NCBI GenBank assembly: GCA_050942745.1
Contig: JBMNNX010000002.1
Span: 11,896-75,895 of the forward strand
DNA from: Myxococcales bacterium
Lineage (GTDB): Bacteria; Myxococcota; Myxococcia; Myxococcales; UBA5297
DNA: 64,000 nt
Reading direction: 5' to 3'
Numbering within the stretch: the first letter of the stretch is position 1; every line of letters begins with the position of its first letter. The position numbers and the translations under genes are program-made. This document shows positions 19,654 to 29,601 of the stretch, piece by piece. A model generated the notes under the pieces. The model made no database searches. It was given only the letters and a program-made list of their open reading frames with translations, and had not been told where the DNA came from.

Positions 19654-21348
19654 TCACGCGGGAGGCGCGCTGGCGGCGCGGGCCTCAGCAGGAGCCGGCT
19701 CGACCAGCCGGCGCCGCAGCACCTTGCCGACTGCCGACTTGGGCAGCTCGGGGCGGAGCTCGACCGCGGTCGGGACTTTGTACTTGGCCATCCGCTCCTT
19801 GCACCAGCCGATGATCTCCTGCTCGCTGAGCGCGGCGCCGTCCTTCGGAACGACGAAGACCTTCACCGTCTCGCCACGGTAGGGATGAGGCACGCCGACC
19901 GCTGCCGCTTCGGCGACCTGGGGATGCTGGCAGAGCGTCTCTTCGATCTCGCCCGGATAGATCTTGTAGCCGCCGGCGATGATCAGGTCCTTCTTGCGCG
20001 CGTGCAGGATGAAGTAGCCCTGCTCGTCCATGCTCGCGATGTCGCCGGTGCGCAGCCACCCGTCGCGCAGGATGGTCTCGGTCTCCTCGGGTTGCTTCCA
20101 GTAGCCCTTCATCACCTGCGGCCCGCGAATCCAGAGCTCGCCCCTCTCGCCCGGGCCGAGCTCGGTCTCCCCGTCGTCGGTGCTGACGATCTTGCAGTCC
20201 ACCTCAGGCCACGGCAGCCCGATGGCGCCGACGACGCCGCCGCTGTAGACGGGGTTGGCGTGCGTGACCGGAGAGGCCTCGCTCAAGCCGTACCCTTCGA
20301 CGACCTTGCCGCCGGTGAGCGCCTCGAAGCGCTCCTTGACCTGCCGGCTGAGCGTCGCGCCGCCGCTGATGCAGGCGCGCACGCTGCTTAGGTCATAGCG
20401 GGCGACGTCCTTGTAGTTGCTCAGCGCGAGGAAGAGCGTCGGGACGCCGGGCAGGAAGGTCGCCCGGTACTTGTGCGTTGTCTCGAGCACGTGCTTCAGC
20501 TCGCGCGGGTTGGGGATGAGCAACAGCGTCGAGGCCGCGAAGACGCCGTAGTTGAGGCAGGTGGTCATCCCGTAGCCGTGGCTGAACGGCAGGGCGCAGG
20601 TGACGACCTCCTTGCCGATGTTGGTGTTGAACCAGACGTGGCACTGCACGGCGTTGACGAGCAGGTTGCGCTGCGTCAGCTCGGCGCCCTTGGGCGTGCC
20701 CGTGGTGCCGCCGGTGTACAGCAGGCAGGCGCTGTCCTCGGGGGCGACGCGGATGGGCTGGGGCAGCCGCGGGGCGCGCGCGAGGAACTCGGTGAAGCGC
20801 AGCGTGCGCGGCTCGCCGCGAAGGTCGACGCGGTGGCCCTCCTTGCGCTCCCTGAGCAGCGTGAAGGCCGCCCTCAGGCGGACGGGGAAGTAGTCCTTGA
20901 TGTTGGCGACGATGACGTGCTCGAGCGGGGTCGAGGCCCGCACGCTCTGCAGCGTGTTGTAGAAGGCGCTCAGCACCACCGCCACCTTCGCCCCCGAGTC
21001 GACGAGCTGGTGCTGCAGCTCGCGCGCGACGTAGAGCGGGTTGCAGGGCACGACGATGGCCCCGGCGCGAAGCGCTCCGTAGTAGGCGATGACGAACTGG
21101 GGGCAGTTGGGCATGTGGAGCGCGACCCGGTCGCCCTTGACCACGCCGAGCTGCTGCAGCCCCGCCGCGAAGCGGTCGACGGCCTCGTTGAGGGCGCGAT
21201 AGGTCAACCGGGCGCCGAAGAAGACGGTCGCTGCCCGGTCGGAGTACTTCTTGGAGTTCTCGACGAGGCAGTCGGACAGGAGGGTCGAAGGCACCTCCAG
21301 GACTTCGGGAACGTGCGGCTCGTAGCAGCGGGTCCAGGGCCTGAGCAC
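19654..21348 (-). CDS. fadD: Long-chain-fatty-acid--CoA ligase (AMP-dependent synthetase)
   Basis: ORF track, 564 aa; GTG start with GAAGGAGG upstream. AMP-binding motif LLYTGGTTGTPKGAELTQRNL, plus GYGLSEASP, WLRTGDIA and the C-terminal PKSAVGKVLRR. Confidence 0.9.
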   Translation of the reverse strand: MLRPWTRCYEPHVPEVLEVPSTLLSDCLVENSKKYSDRAATVFFGARLTYRALNEAVDRFAAGLQQLGVVKGDRVALHMPNCPQFVIAYYGALRAGAIVVPCNPLYVARELQHQLVDSGAKVAVVLSAFYNTLQSVRASTPLEHVIVANIKDYFPVRLRAAFTLLRERKEGHRVDLRGEPRTLRFTEFLARAPRLPQPIRVAPEDSACLLYTGGTTGTPKGAELTQRNLLVNAVQCHVWFNTNIGKEVVTCALPFSHGYGMTTCLNYGVFAASTLLLIPNPRELKHVLETTHKYRATFLPGVPTLFLALSNYKDVARYDLSSVRACISGGATLSRQVKERFEALTGGKVVEGYGLSEASPVTHANPVYSGGVVGAIGLPWPEVDCKIVSTDDGETELGPGERGELWIRGPQVMKGYWKQPEETETILRDGWLRTGDIASMDEQGYFILHARKKDLIIAGGYKIYPGEIEETLCQHPQVAEAAAVGVPHPYRGETVKVFVVPKDGAALSEQEIIGWCKERMAKYKVPTAVELRPELPKSAVGKVLRRRLVEPAPAEARAASAPPA

Positions 21349-21611
21349 GAGGGGGCCTCCTTCGCTGCGCCTTCTCCCTGAAGGTGGTCGGGGGTGGGAG
21401 AGGCGAGAAGTGCGCGAGGGTAGTTATCCGGCTCTCGGGTGCGCAAGGCGCGCGCGCCCCGCTCCCGTTTCGCGGGTGACGCCCGAAAGGGGACAAAGCT
21501 CCTTCCCGGGCCGCCCAAAGCAAAGCCCCTCGGGTGGGGGAGCGCACCGCCGCGACGGCGAAGAGGGTGCGGCCTGGCCGCTGTGGCTGAGGCTCTGGGC
21601 CCGCAAATGAA

Positions 21612-21638
21612 GAGCCCCCTCGCGGCGCGAAGGGGCTC
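21612..21638 (-). terminator. Putative Rho-independent terminator after the 4-subunit OFOR operon
   Basis: On the minus strand, ~30 nt after the gamma-subunit stop (21667): GAGCCCC-ttcgcgccgcgag-GGGGCTC followed by TTCATTTG. The stem is 7 bp and the U-tract is modest. Confidence 0.45.
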
Positions 21639-21666
21639 GTTGGACCGCGCTTCCCGTCGGGCGCGA

Positions 21667-22221
21667 TCAGCTCCGCCGGGCGCGCAGCTCCCTTCCGTAG
21701 GCGAAGCCCCGCTCGAAGGCGCGCAGGTTCAGATCGACCGTGCTTCCGGGGACGGACTCGGCGACCGCCTTGCGTGCGGCCTGTTCGCTGACGAGTCCGG
21801 TGACCGCGGTGAAGAAGCCGACCATGATGATGTTGAGCACCTGCTTGCGCCCGATCTCCTCGGCATAGCGGGTCGCCGGGATGCCGAAGACCTTGACGCC
21901 GGGCGGCAGGCCGGTCGGCTTGACCAGGTCCTCGTCGATGATGAGCACGCCGTCCTCGCGCAGCTCGGGGCTGAACTTGGCGAAGGCGTCCTGGGACATC
22001 GTCACCAGGTAGTGGGGCCGGGTGACGTAGGGATAGGCGATCGCTTGGTCGTCGATGACGACCTGGGCGCTGCAGGCCGAGCCGCGCGCCTCCGGGCCGA
22101 ACGCCTGGGTGAGCGTCGAGAACTTGTCGTCGTAGAGCGCGGCCGCCTTGCCGATGATGATGCCAGCGAGGATGACGCCCTGGCCGCCCAGACCACCGAT
22201 CTTGATCTCGTTGAGGGCCAT
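21667..22221 (-). CDS. 2-oxoacid:ferredoxin oxidoreductase, gamma subunit
   Basis: C-terminal part of track ORF 21667..23040; ATG at 22221. MALNEIKIGGLGGQGVILAGIIIGKAA...FGPEARGSAC is the typical POR/KOR gamma N-terminus. Confidence 0.9.
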   Translation of the reverse strand: MALNEIKIGGLGGQGVILAGIIIGKAAALYDDKFSTLTQAFGPEARGSACSAQVVIDDQAIAYPYVTRPHYLVTMSQDAFAKFSPELREDGVLIIDEDLVKPTGLPPGVKVFGIPATRYAEEIGRKQVLNIIMVGFFTAVTGLVSEQAARKAVAESVPGSTVDLNLRAFERGFAYGRELRARRS

Positions 22222-22232
22222 CGTTTCTCTCC

Positions 22233-23105
22233 TCAGACCTTCGGCTCGCGCGTGGGCGGGTCGTAGGGGACGAACTTCTCGCCGAGCGCGGTGCTCATCC
22301 GCTTGTTCATCGCCTCGAGCCAGGTGGGCCTTCGGGTGTCGACGAAGGTGCCGACCACGATCTGCCCGCGATAGTCGAGGGCGGCCTCGCGCGTGTCGGC
22401 TCCGTGCTTGATGACGCTCTTCTCCTTGTAGAAGCGCATCTCGTTGAGCGCCTCGCCGAGCCGGTTCCGGCGCAGGTAGAGCGTGGGGCAGGGGGCGATG
22501 ATCTCGATGAAGCGGAAGCCCTTCTTCGAGAGGGCCTCGCGCATCGACTTGGCGAGCTGGCGCACGTGGTAGCTCGTCCAGCGCGCGACGTAGGTCGCGC
22601 CGGACGAGGCGGCCAGGTGCGGCAGGTTGAAGGTCGGCTCGAAGGCGCCGTAGGGCGTGGTCGAGGCGATGGCCGGCTCCGGCGTGGTCGGCGTCACCTG
22701 GCCGCCTGTCATGCCGTAGGTGAAGTTGTTGACGCAGATGCACAGCAGGTCGCTGTTGCGCCGGGCGGCATGGATGAAGTGGTTGCCGCCGATCGCGGTC
22801 AGGTCGCCGTCGCCCGAGTAGACGACCACGTCGAGCTCGGGGTTGGCCAGCTTCAGCCCGGTGGCAAAGGGGATCGCCCGGCCGTGCGTGGTGTGGAAGG
22901 AGTCGAGGTTCAGATAACCGGCGACGCGCCCGGTGCACCCGATGCCCGAGACGATGGCGACCTTGTTGAGGTCCTTGCCGCACTCGGTGAGCGCGCGGGT
23001 GAAGCAGTTGACGGTCGTGCCGATACCGCAGCCCGGGCACCAGATGCTCGGCATGCGGTCCATTCGCAGGAACTTGTTGACGGGATGCTCGCGCAGCTCG
23101 CTCAT
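22233..23105 (-). CDS. 2-oxoacid:ferredoxin oxidoreductase, beta (TPP) subunit
   Basis: C-terminal part of track ORF 22233..23588. ATG 23105 (MSELREHPV) overlaps the alpha stop as ATGA. Motifs: WCPGCGIGT, VSGIGCTGR, SGDGDLTAIGGNHFIHAARRN, NNFTYGMTGGQ. Confidence 0.9.
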   Translation of the reverse strand: MSELREHPVNKFLRMDRMPSIWCPGCGIGTTVNCFTRALTECGKDLNKVAIVSGIGCTGRVAGYLNLDSFHTTHGRAIPFATGLKLANPELDVVVYSGDGDLTAIGGNHFIHAARRNSDLLCICVNNFTYGMTGGQVTPTTPEPAIASTTPYGAFEPTFNLPHLAASSGATYVARWTSYHVRQLAKSMREALSKKGFRFIEIIAPCPTLYLRRNRLGEALNEMRFYKEKSVIKHGADTREAALDYRGQIVVGTFVDTRRPTWLEAMNKRMSTALGEKFVPYDPPTREPKV

Positions 23106-24259
23106 CGGGCGACCTCCATGATCGCGTCGAGGATGGCTTCCGGCTTGTGGACCGCCCCTCCGGCGTGGAGCACCGGGATGGTCCGGCAGCGCCCGGCCGC
23201 GGCCCGCTCGACCTCGAGCGACATCTGGCCGAGGTTGAGCTCGGGGACGACGAGCGACTTGACCGACCGCGACAGCTCGGCGATGCGCTTGTGGGGGAAG
23301 GGCCAGGCGGTGATGAGCCGGAAGCTGCCGACCTTCACGCCCTTCTTGCGCGCCATCTCGGCGGCGCGCTGCGCGACGCGCGAGGTGATGCCGTAGGAGA
23401 CGATGACGACGTCGGCGCCCTCGGTGTCCTTCTCCTCCCAGCGCAGGATCTTGTCGGCGTTCTTCTCGATCTTGTCGACCAGCCGCCCCACCAGCTTCTC
23501 GTGCGTGGCCGCGTTCATCGCCGGGTAGCCGCGCTCGTCGTGCGTCAGGCCGGTGATGTGGAAGCGGTAGCCTTCGCCCGCCATGCACATGTCGGGGACC
23601 ATGTCCTCGCGCGGCGCGAACGGCAGGAACTCGCCGGGCGGCTTGTCGGTCCAGCGGCGCGGGGTGATTTCGACCTTATCGGCCGGCGGGATGACCACCT
23701 TCTCGGTCATGTGCCCGACGACCTCGTCGAGCATCACCACCACCGGCACGCGGTACTGCTCGGCGAGGTTGAAGGCGTGGAGCGTCAGGTCGAAGCACTC
23801 CTGCGGCGAATTCGGGCAGAGCGCGATGAGCCGGTAGTCGCCGTGCGAGCCCCAGCGCGCCTGCATCATGTCGGCCTGCGCGGGCAGCGTCGGCAGGCCG
23901 GTCGAGGGACCGCCGCGCTGCACGTCGATGTAGACGACCGGGGTCTCGGTCATCGCCGCAAACCCGATGTGCTCCATCATCAGCGAGAAGCCCGGGCCCG
24001 AGGTGACGGTGAGGGCCTTGGCTCCGCCCCACGCGGCGCCGAGCACGGCGATGGAGGCGGCGAGCTCGTCCTCGAGCTGGATGAAGGTGCCGCCGACGAG
24101 CGGGAAGCGGGCCGCGATGCGCTCGACGACCTCGGTCGACGGGGTGATCGGGTAGCCCGCGGCGAAGCGGCATCCGGCGGCGAGCGCGCCTTCGCTACAC
24201 GCGTGATCGCCATCGAGGTAGTGGCTTCCGGTGAGAACTCCCTTGGGATCAGCCTTCAT
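23102..24259 (-). CDS. 2-oxoacid:ferredoxin oxidoreductase, alpha subunit
   Basis: ORF track, 385 aa. Motifs: AAGYPITPSTEV, VTSGPGFSLMMEHIG, DVQRGGPSTGLPT. Confidence 0.9.
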   Translation of the reverse strand: MKADPKGVLTGSHYLDGDHACSEGALAAGCRFAAGYPITPSTEVVERIAARFPLVGGTFIQLEDELAASIAVLGAAWGGAKALTVTSGPGFSLMMEHIGFAAMTETPVVYIDVQRGGPSTGLPTLPAQADMMQARWGSHGDYRLIALCPNSPQECFDLTLHAFNLAEQYRVPVVVMLDEVVGHMTEKVVIPPADKVEITPRRWTDKPPGEFLPFAPREDMVPDMCMAGEGYRFHITGLTHDERGYPAMNAATHEKLVGRLVDKIEKNADKILRWEEKDTEGADVVIVSYGITSRVAQRAAEMARKKGVKVGSFRLITAWPFPHKRIAELSRSVKSLVVPELNLGQMSLEVERAAAGRCRTIPVLHAGGAVHKPEAILDAIMEVAR

Positions 24260-24268
24260 GGCGCTCCT

Positions 24269-24538
24269 CTAGGCGGTCTCCTCGGCCTTTTCGCGGTAGC
24301 CGAAGATGGCGAAGTCCGGGCAGTACAGGCCGCACATGTCGCAGCCGTTGCAGGCCTCGGGCTTGGCGAAGACTGGGGGGTGATAGCCCTTCGCGTTGTA
24401 CGCCTTGTCCAACTCCAACGCGTGCGTAGGGCAGAACTCGACGCAGAACGCGCAACCCTTGCAGTTGTCGCGATTGATGACGACCACGCCGCGAAACTTC
24501 TTCTGCTTGGTTGCGCCTGATGAAGTCTCGGTGTTCAT
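24269..24538 (-). CDS. 2-oxoacid:ferredoxin oxidoreductase, delta subunit (2x[4Fe-4S] ferredoxin)
   Basis: ORF track, 89 aa. Two CxxCxxCxxxCP motifs (CKGCAFCVEFCP and CNGCDMCGLYCP). AGGAGC precedes the ATG. It is the first gene of the delta-alpha-beta-gamma operon. Confidence 0.85.
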   Translation of the reverse strand: MNTETSSGATKQKKFRGVVVINRDNCKGCAFCVEFCPTHALELDKAYNAKGYHPPVFAKPEACNGCDMCGLYCPDFAIFGYREKAEETA

Positions 24539-24725
24539 CCAGGCTCCTAGTCCGGGCGAGGCGGGAAGTGCCCGGTGAAGAAGAGCAGCTAGCTATCAAC
24601 CAAGCGTCGGGAAATCAAGAACACTTGCCGGTTTACAAAAGCCGTCGCGAAGCCGCGCGGAGGCGCCCGCGGTCGGGCGCGTCGAGCTTCTGTTAGCATC
24701 GCTCGCTGGCCGCTCTCGAATACCC

Positions 24726-25985
24726 ATGAAAACCGCGAACCTCGCCATCGTCTTTACCGACATCAAGGACTTCACCGCGCGCACCAGCCAGCAGACCTAC
24801 GAGCAGAACCAGCGGATGCTCCGGGTGCACGACGCGCTGCTGATGCCCGTTTTCAAGTCGTTCGGCGGCAGGCTGGTCAAGACCATCGGCGACGCCTTTC
24901 TCGTCGTCTTCGAGTCGCCGACGCAGGCGGTCCTGTGCGGCGTCGCCATCCAGGACCGGCTCTGGGATTACAACCGGCGGGTGCCCGAGGCCGAGGCCAT
25001 CCGCGTGCGCGTCGCCGTCAACATGGGCGAGGTCCGGGTGGAAAAGGGCGACGTCTTCGGCGAGCCGGTCAACATCGCCGCCCGCGTCGAGGGTATCGCC
25101 GAGGCCGGCGAGGTCCTGTTTACCGAAGCGGTCTATCTGGCGATGAACAAGGCCGAGGTGCCCTCCGAGGAGCGCGGCTTGTTCGAGCTCAAGGGCATCC
25201 CGGAGAAGGTGCGCGTCTACCGGGTGCCGCAAGGCGACTACCGGCTCGCCTCGGCGACGCCGGCGCCGCGCGAGGCCGCGTCCGGCGAGGCGCACGGAGG
25301 GCCCGCGCACGAGGGGCCGCCATACGGCGGCCTGGCGCTCGCCCGGCTGCAAGCTCTTCCGCCGCCCGATCCGAAGAACCTCGAGGGGTCGAGCGAGCTG
25401 CTCGCCCACCTCGGCGCGCTCGCGGAAGGGGCCGCGCGGGGCCTGAAGGGCGCGGGCCAGCGCTCGAGCGCGCTCGCCGGGCGCCTGAGCGCTCTTCCCC
25501 GCTCGGTGCGCCTGGGCGCGGCGGCGCTCGCCGCCGGCGCGATCGCGGCCTGCCTGCTCGTCGCCGCCTTGTCGAACCCGATAGAGCGCGCCCTCGGCCG
25601 CGGGGACTTCGAGCTCGCCCGGGAGCAGATCGACAAGCTCGAGCCCGGCGCGCGCAAGGTCTACTTCGAGGGGCGGCTGCGCGAGGAGCGCGGCGACTGG
25701 GAGGGTGCGCTGAGGCGCTACGAGAGGGCCGCCAAAGGCCGGGAGGACCTGGCGTTCGAGCGGTTGGTCGGCGCGCTCGCGGACTCGAAGTGCCAGGTGC
25801 GCGCCCAGGCCGCCCGGAGCCTGGCCCGGCTCGACGACCTCCGCGCGATCCCGGCGCTGGAGGACTTGAAGGAGTCGAGCTTCGCCGACGAGTCTGGCGA
25901 GGGAGTCCTGCACGCGCTGTTCGGCTGCGACAGCCGCAGGTCCGCTCGCGAGGCTATCGAGTATCTTCAAAGGAAGCGAAATTGA
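24726..25985 (+). CDS. Class III adenylate/guanylate cyclase with TM segment and C-terminal TPR/HEAT-like region
   Basis: ORF track, 419 aa. AIVFTDIKDFTARTS, KTIGDAFLVVF and GEPVNIAARVEG form the CYCc catalytic core. There is a hydrophobic segment LGAAALAAGAIAACLLVAAL, and the tail contains HEAT-like ...QVRAQAARSLARLDDLRAIPAL. Confidence 0.85.
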   Translation: MKTANLAIVFTDIKDFTARTSQQTYEQNQRMLRVHDALLMPVFKSFGGRLVKTIGDAFLVVFESPTQAVLCGVAIQDRLWDYNRRVPEAEAIRVRVAVNMGEVRVEKGDVFGEPVNIAARVEGIAEAGEVLFTEAVYLAMNKAEVPSEERGLFELKGIPEKVRVYRVPQGDYRLASATPAPREAASGEAHGGPAHEGPPYGGLALARLQALPPPDPKNLEGSSELLAHLGALAEGAARGLKGAGQRSSALAGRLSALPRSVRLGAAALAAGAIAACLLVAALSNPIERALGRGDFELAREQIDKLEPGARKVYFEGRLREERGDWEGALRRYERAAKGREDLAFERLVGALADSKCQVRAQAARSLARLDDLRAIPALEDLKESSFADESGEGVLHALFGCDSRRSAREAIEYLQRKRN

Positions 25986-26160
25986 CGCTGGCGCTCTGGC
26001 CGGATAACGCCGACCAGCGCGGGCTGAGACGGCGCGAGCGCGGCGGGTTCGGCCTGGCGGCGAGCACAAATTCGAGCGTCACCAGTAGTACAAGGACTAG
26101 GATCGAAAGCTCCCGCGCCCTAGACGTCGGGAGCGGACCTGATTCATCGGGGTGAGCTCC

Positions 26161-27612
26161 ATGCGAAAAGCGACTCTCTTTCTCCTCGCGACCTCCATCG
26201 CCTGCGCCACGGGACCCGAGGTGAAGCCCATCGAGACGCCTGCTGTCAGCCGGCTCGAGGCTGACCGGAGCGTAGCGACGACCCTGCGGGCGATTACCGC
26301 CCGGGTGCGAAAGGGCGAAGCGGACAAGGTCCGCAAGAGCCTCGAGGAGCAGGCCTCGCAGTTGCAGGGCGACCCGAAGCTCAAGCTCTACCTCGCCTGG
26401 ATCGGCGCGCCGAGCGAGGAGGCGTGGCTGGAGATCAACGCGCTCGCCAAGCTCAATCCCGACGATCCTTGGATGTGGACCGCGCTCGGCCTCATCTACC
26501 TGGAGTGGAAGGGCTTCCTCGATCAGGCACAGGGCGAGCTCGAGCGCGCCCTGAAGGCGGTGCCCGGGTTCGTTCCCGCCGAGGTCGGGTTGGCCGACGT
26601 GCTGCGCAAGCGCGAGAAGCTGGCCGAGGCGAAGCTCGCCTACGAGGCCGTCCTCGCCAAGGCGCCGGATTGGGAGGAGGCCCTCGTCGGCCTCGGCCTG
26701 ACGCTCGAGCAGATGGGCGACCCGGCGGCCAAGGGCCTCTTCGAGCGGGCGCTGAAGGTCGACCCCGACGACGTGCGGGCCATCCGCGCGCTGGCGAAGA
26801 TCGCGGTCGAGGCCAAGGACGCCGATCTGGCCATCGCCCTGCAGTCGAAGCTGCTCGAGTTTGATCCGCAGAACGCCGAAGCGAGGGTCGCGGTGGGGCG
26901 GATGAAGCTGCAGAAGGGCGACATCGAGGGCGCGGCCGCTGACTTCGAGGCGGCGATGGAGGTCTCGCCGAACCGGGACACCGCGCAGGCGCTGGCCGAC
27001 GCCTACCGGGCGCTGGCGCGCGCGCACGACGAGATCCGCGTCCTCGAGCGGCTCGCCCAATACGACGAGGCCGATCCCGCCCCACTGCTCCGGGTCGCCG
27101 AGCTTCGCCAGGCGGACAAGGACCTCGAGGGCGCCGAGGGGGCGCTGCGCCAGGCCGCCGAGCGCAAGCCCGACGATGCGGCGATCCAGTTGACGCTCGC
27201 GCGGCTGCTACGCCAGCGCGACGACCTCGTCGGCTCGATCGAGGCCTACCGCCTCGCGAGGGAGCGCGGCGCCGAGGGCGTCGATCAGGAGCTCGCCGAG
27301 CTCGAGAAGACCGCCGCCTTGCCAGACAAGCCCCTGCGCGGCGGCATCAACCGCCTGTACAACGATGTCTTTCGCCGGCTGAACAAGGAGTTCCTGGCGC
27401 GCCAGGAGGCCAACCGCAACCTCGGCGGCAAGTTCAGCGTGAAGGTGACCATCGGAGAGGGCGAGAAGGCCGCCAGCGTCGAGCTCATCGAGGACACGGT
27501 GCACGATCCGGTGCTCGCCGCGCTCGTCTACTTCTGCTTCAAGGACGCCTCGTATCCGAAGGAGAAGCCGCGCACGGTCACCTTCGAGTACGTGTTGGCG
27601 GGCACGCGCTAG
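26161..27612 (+). CDS. TPR-repeat lipoprotein
   Basis: ORF 26152..27612. ATG 26161 gives MRKATLFLLATSIAC, a signal peptide with a probable lipobox. Multiple 34-aa TPR-like units follow (AKLAYEAVLAKAPDWEEALVGLGLTLEQMGD..., AIALQSKLLEFDPQNAEARVAVGRMKLQKGD...). Confidence 0.75.
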   Translation: MRKATLFLLATSIACATGPEVKPIETPAVSRLEADRSVATTLRAITARVRKGEADKVRKSLEEQASQLQGDPKLKLYLAWIGAPSEEAWLEINALAKLNPDDPWMWTALGLIYLEWKGFLDQAQGELERALKAVPGFVPAEVGLADVLRKREKLAEAKLAYEAVLAKAPDWEEALVGLGLTLEQMGDPAAKGLFERALKVDPDDVRAIRALAKIAVEAKDADLAIALQSKLLEFDPQNAEARVAVGRMKLQKGDIEGAAADFEAAMEVSPNRDTAQALADAYRALARAHDEIRVLERLAQYDEADPAPLLRVAELRQADKDLEGAEGALRQAAERKPDDAAIQLTLARLLRQRDDLVGSIEAYRLARERGAEGVDQELAELEKTAALPDKPLRGGINRLYNDVFRRLNKEFLARQEANRNLGGKFSVKVTIGEGEKAASVELIEDTVHDPVLAALVYFCFKDASYPKEKPRTVTFEYVLAGTR

Positions 27613-27627
27613 GGACGGAGGCGGTCG

Positions 27628-28827
27628 ATGACAGCTCAAACCTGGTCGGGGCCGCGGGTGCGCACAGGCCTCGAGGTCCTGGCCGCACAGCGCTTCGCGC
27701 CGCTCGCGGGCAAGCGCGTCGGTGCCATCTGCAACCCGACGAGCGTCGACGAGCGCTTCGAGCACCTCGCGGACCTGCTGCGCGCCGCGCCTCGGGTAGA
27801 GCTCGCGGCGCTCTTCGGGCCCGAGCACGGGGTGCGCGGCGAGGCCCAGGACATGATCGGCGTCGGCGACGCGGTCGATCCGCGAAGCGGGGTGCCGGTC
27901 TACTCGCTCTACGGCGACCGCTTCGAGTCGCTCTCGCCGACCGAGGAGTCGCTGCGCGGGCTCGACGCCCTGGTCTTCGACATCCAGGACGTCGGCAGCC
28001 GCTACTACACCTTCGTCTACACGATGGCCCTGTGTATGAAGGCCGCGGCGCGGGCGAAGCTGGCCTTCTACGTGCTCGACCGGCCGAACCCCATCGCCGG
28101 GGCTCAGGTCGAGGGCAACCTCGTGCGCCCGGGCTTCGAGAGCTTCGTCGGGATGTACCCCATCCCCAACCGCCACGGCATGACCGCCGGCGAGCTCGCC
28201 CGCTACTTCAACGAGGAGCACGGCATCGGCTGCGAGCTGACGGTGGTGCCCTGCGAGGGCTGGCGCCGCGAGCAGTGGTGGGAGCAGACCGGGCTCGACT
28301 TCGTGCCTCCGTCGCCGAACATGCCCACGGTCGATACGGCGTGCGTCTACCCCGGGCTCTGCATGGTCGAGGGCACCAACCTCTCCGAGGGCCGTGGCAC
28401 CACGCGTCCGTTCGAGATTATCGGCGCGCCCTTCCTCGACCCTTACCGCTTCTGCGAGGCGCTGCGTGCCGAGCGGCTGCCGGGGGTCGCCTTCCGCCCG
28501 GTGAGCTTCCGGCCCACGTTCCACAAGCATGCGGGCAAGACCTGCGGCGGCGTGATGCTCCACGTGCGCGACCGCGGCAGCTTCCTGCCGGTGCGCACCG
28601 GGATAGCCGTCCTGCGCGCGGCCAGGCAGGTAGCGGGGGACGCCTTCCGCTGGCGCACCGAGCGCTACGAGTTCGTGGACGACAAGCCCGCGATCGACCT
28701 GCTGTGCGGCACCGACTCGGTGCGCCTGAGCACCGACGCCGGGCGCGATCTTGACGGCTGCATGGCCGGCTTCGAGGAGGACCTGAAGGGCTTCCTTCCG
28801 GTGCGCGCCCGCTACCTGCTCTACTGA
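27628..28827 (+). CDS. DUF1343 family protein (NamZ-like exo-N-acetylmuramidase family)
   Basis: ORF track, 399 aa. GLEVL...LAGKRVG.ICNPTSV, LFGPEHG.RG, VFDIQDVG.RYYT, LDRPNP and PSPNMPT are the conserved DUF1343 blocks as I recall them. Confidence 0.85.
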   Translation: MTAQTWSGPRVRTGLEVLAAQRFAPLAGKRVGAICNPTSVDERFEHLADLLRAAPRVELAALFGPEHGVRGEAQDMIGVGDAVDPRSGVPVYSLYGDRFESLSPTEESLRGLDALVFDIQDVGSRYYTFVYTMALCMKAAARAKLAFYVLDRPNPIAGAQVEGNLVRPGFESFVGMYPIPNRHGMTAGELARYFNEEHGIGCELTVVPCEGWRREQWWEQTGLDFVPPSPNMPTVDTACVYPGLCMVEGTNLSEGRGTTRPFEIIGAPFLDPYRFCEALRAERLPGVAFRPVSFRPTFHKHAGKTCGGVMLHVRDRGSFLPVRTGIAVLRAARQVAGDAFRWRTERYEFVDDKPAIDLLCGTDSVRLSTDAGRDLDGCMAGFEEDLKGFLPVRARYLLY

Positions 28828-28862
28828 GGGGCTCGGGGCCGCGCAGGCTCGAGAGGGGCAAG

Positions 28863-29519
28863 GTGAAGATCGGACTGGTTGCCGACAGCCAAGGCGACGT
28901 GGACGCGCTCGAGCACGCGTGCGACCTGCTCATCGACGAGAAGGGCGCCGAGCGCATCTTCTTCCTCGGCGGCCGCTGGGCCGACGTCGACGAGCTCTTC
29001 CAGCGCAAGCGCGAAAAGAAGCGCGGCCGCAGCGAATACAGCGACGCCGACTTTCTCGCCGACGTCGCCTCCTTCATCGCCAAGAGCGCCGCCGCGGAGC
29101 AGGGCGGGGTGGCCTACAAGCTCCAGAAGGACGAGATCGAGGCCTACATCGCGCGGTTTGCGCGCGTCCCCGACCGCGCCAGCTTCCAGTACCGCGACCC
29201 GGCGATCCCGCGCATCCTCCCCGAGCTCGTCGCCGACAGGATCGCCTGCCTCGTCCACGACAAGGCCGACCTGCAGCGCGACAACGTCGAGACTTCGGTC
29301 TTCTTCTTCCACGGCAACAGCGCCGAGCCGAACGTGGTGCAGATAGGCCTGCGGTTCTTCGTGACTCCGGGCAGCCTGGCGAGTGTGCAGCGCCCGTCCT
29401 TCGCGCTGCTCACCGGCGAAGGGGCGTCGCTCGAGCTCGTCGCCTTCAGTCTGGACGGGCGGGAGCTGCGGCGGTTCGCGATGAGCCTCGCGACCCGGCG
29501 GAAGATGTCGCTGCGCTAG
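28863..29519 (+). CDS. Calcineurin-like metallophosphoesterase-fold protein with degenerate metal-binding motifs
   Basis: ORF track; GTG start with GAGAGGGG upstream. MKIGLVADSQGDVDAL resembles the YfcE/MJ0936-type start MKIG.ISDTHG, but with D-S-Q in place of D-x-H. FFLGGRW replaces the usual GD motif. VFFFHGNS resembles the GH motif. Confidence 0.55.
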   Translation: MKIGLVADSQGDVDALEHACDLLIDEKGAERIFFLGGRWADVDELFQRKREKKRGRSEYSDADFLADVASFIAKSAAAEQGGVAYKLQKDEIEAYIARFARVPDRASFQYRDPAIPRILPELVADRIACLVHDKADLQRDNVETSVFFFHGNSAEPNVVQIGLRFFVTPGSLASVQRPSFALLTGEGASLELVAFSLDGRELRRFAMSLATRRKMSLR

Positions 29520-29601
29520 CGCGGAGGCGGAAAAATTGTTTGACAACTTTCAGCTTCGAGCCTTCGGCCGTCTGCTCGGCTGACCGCTCGTGAGGTTTTC
29601 G

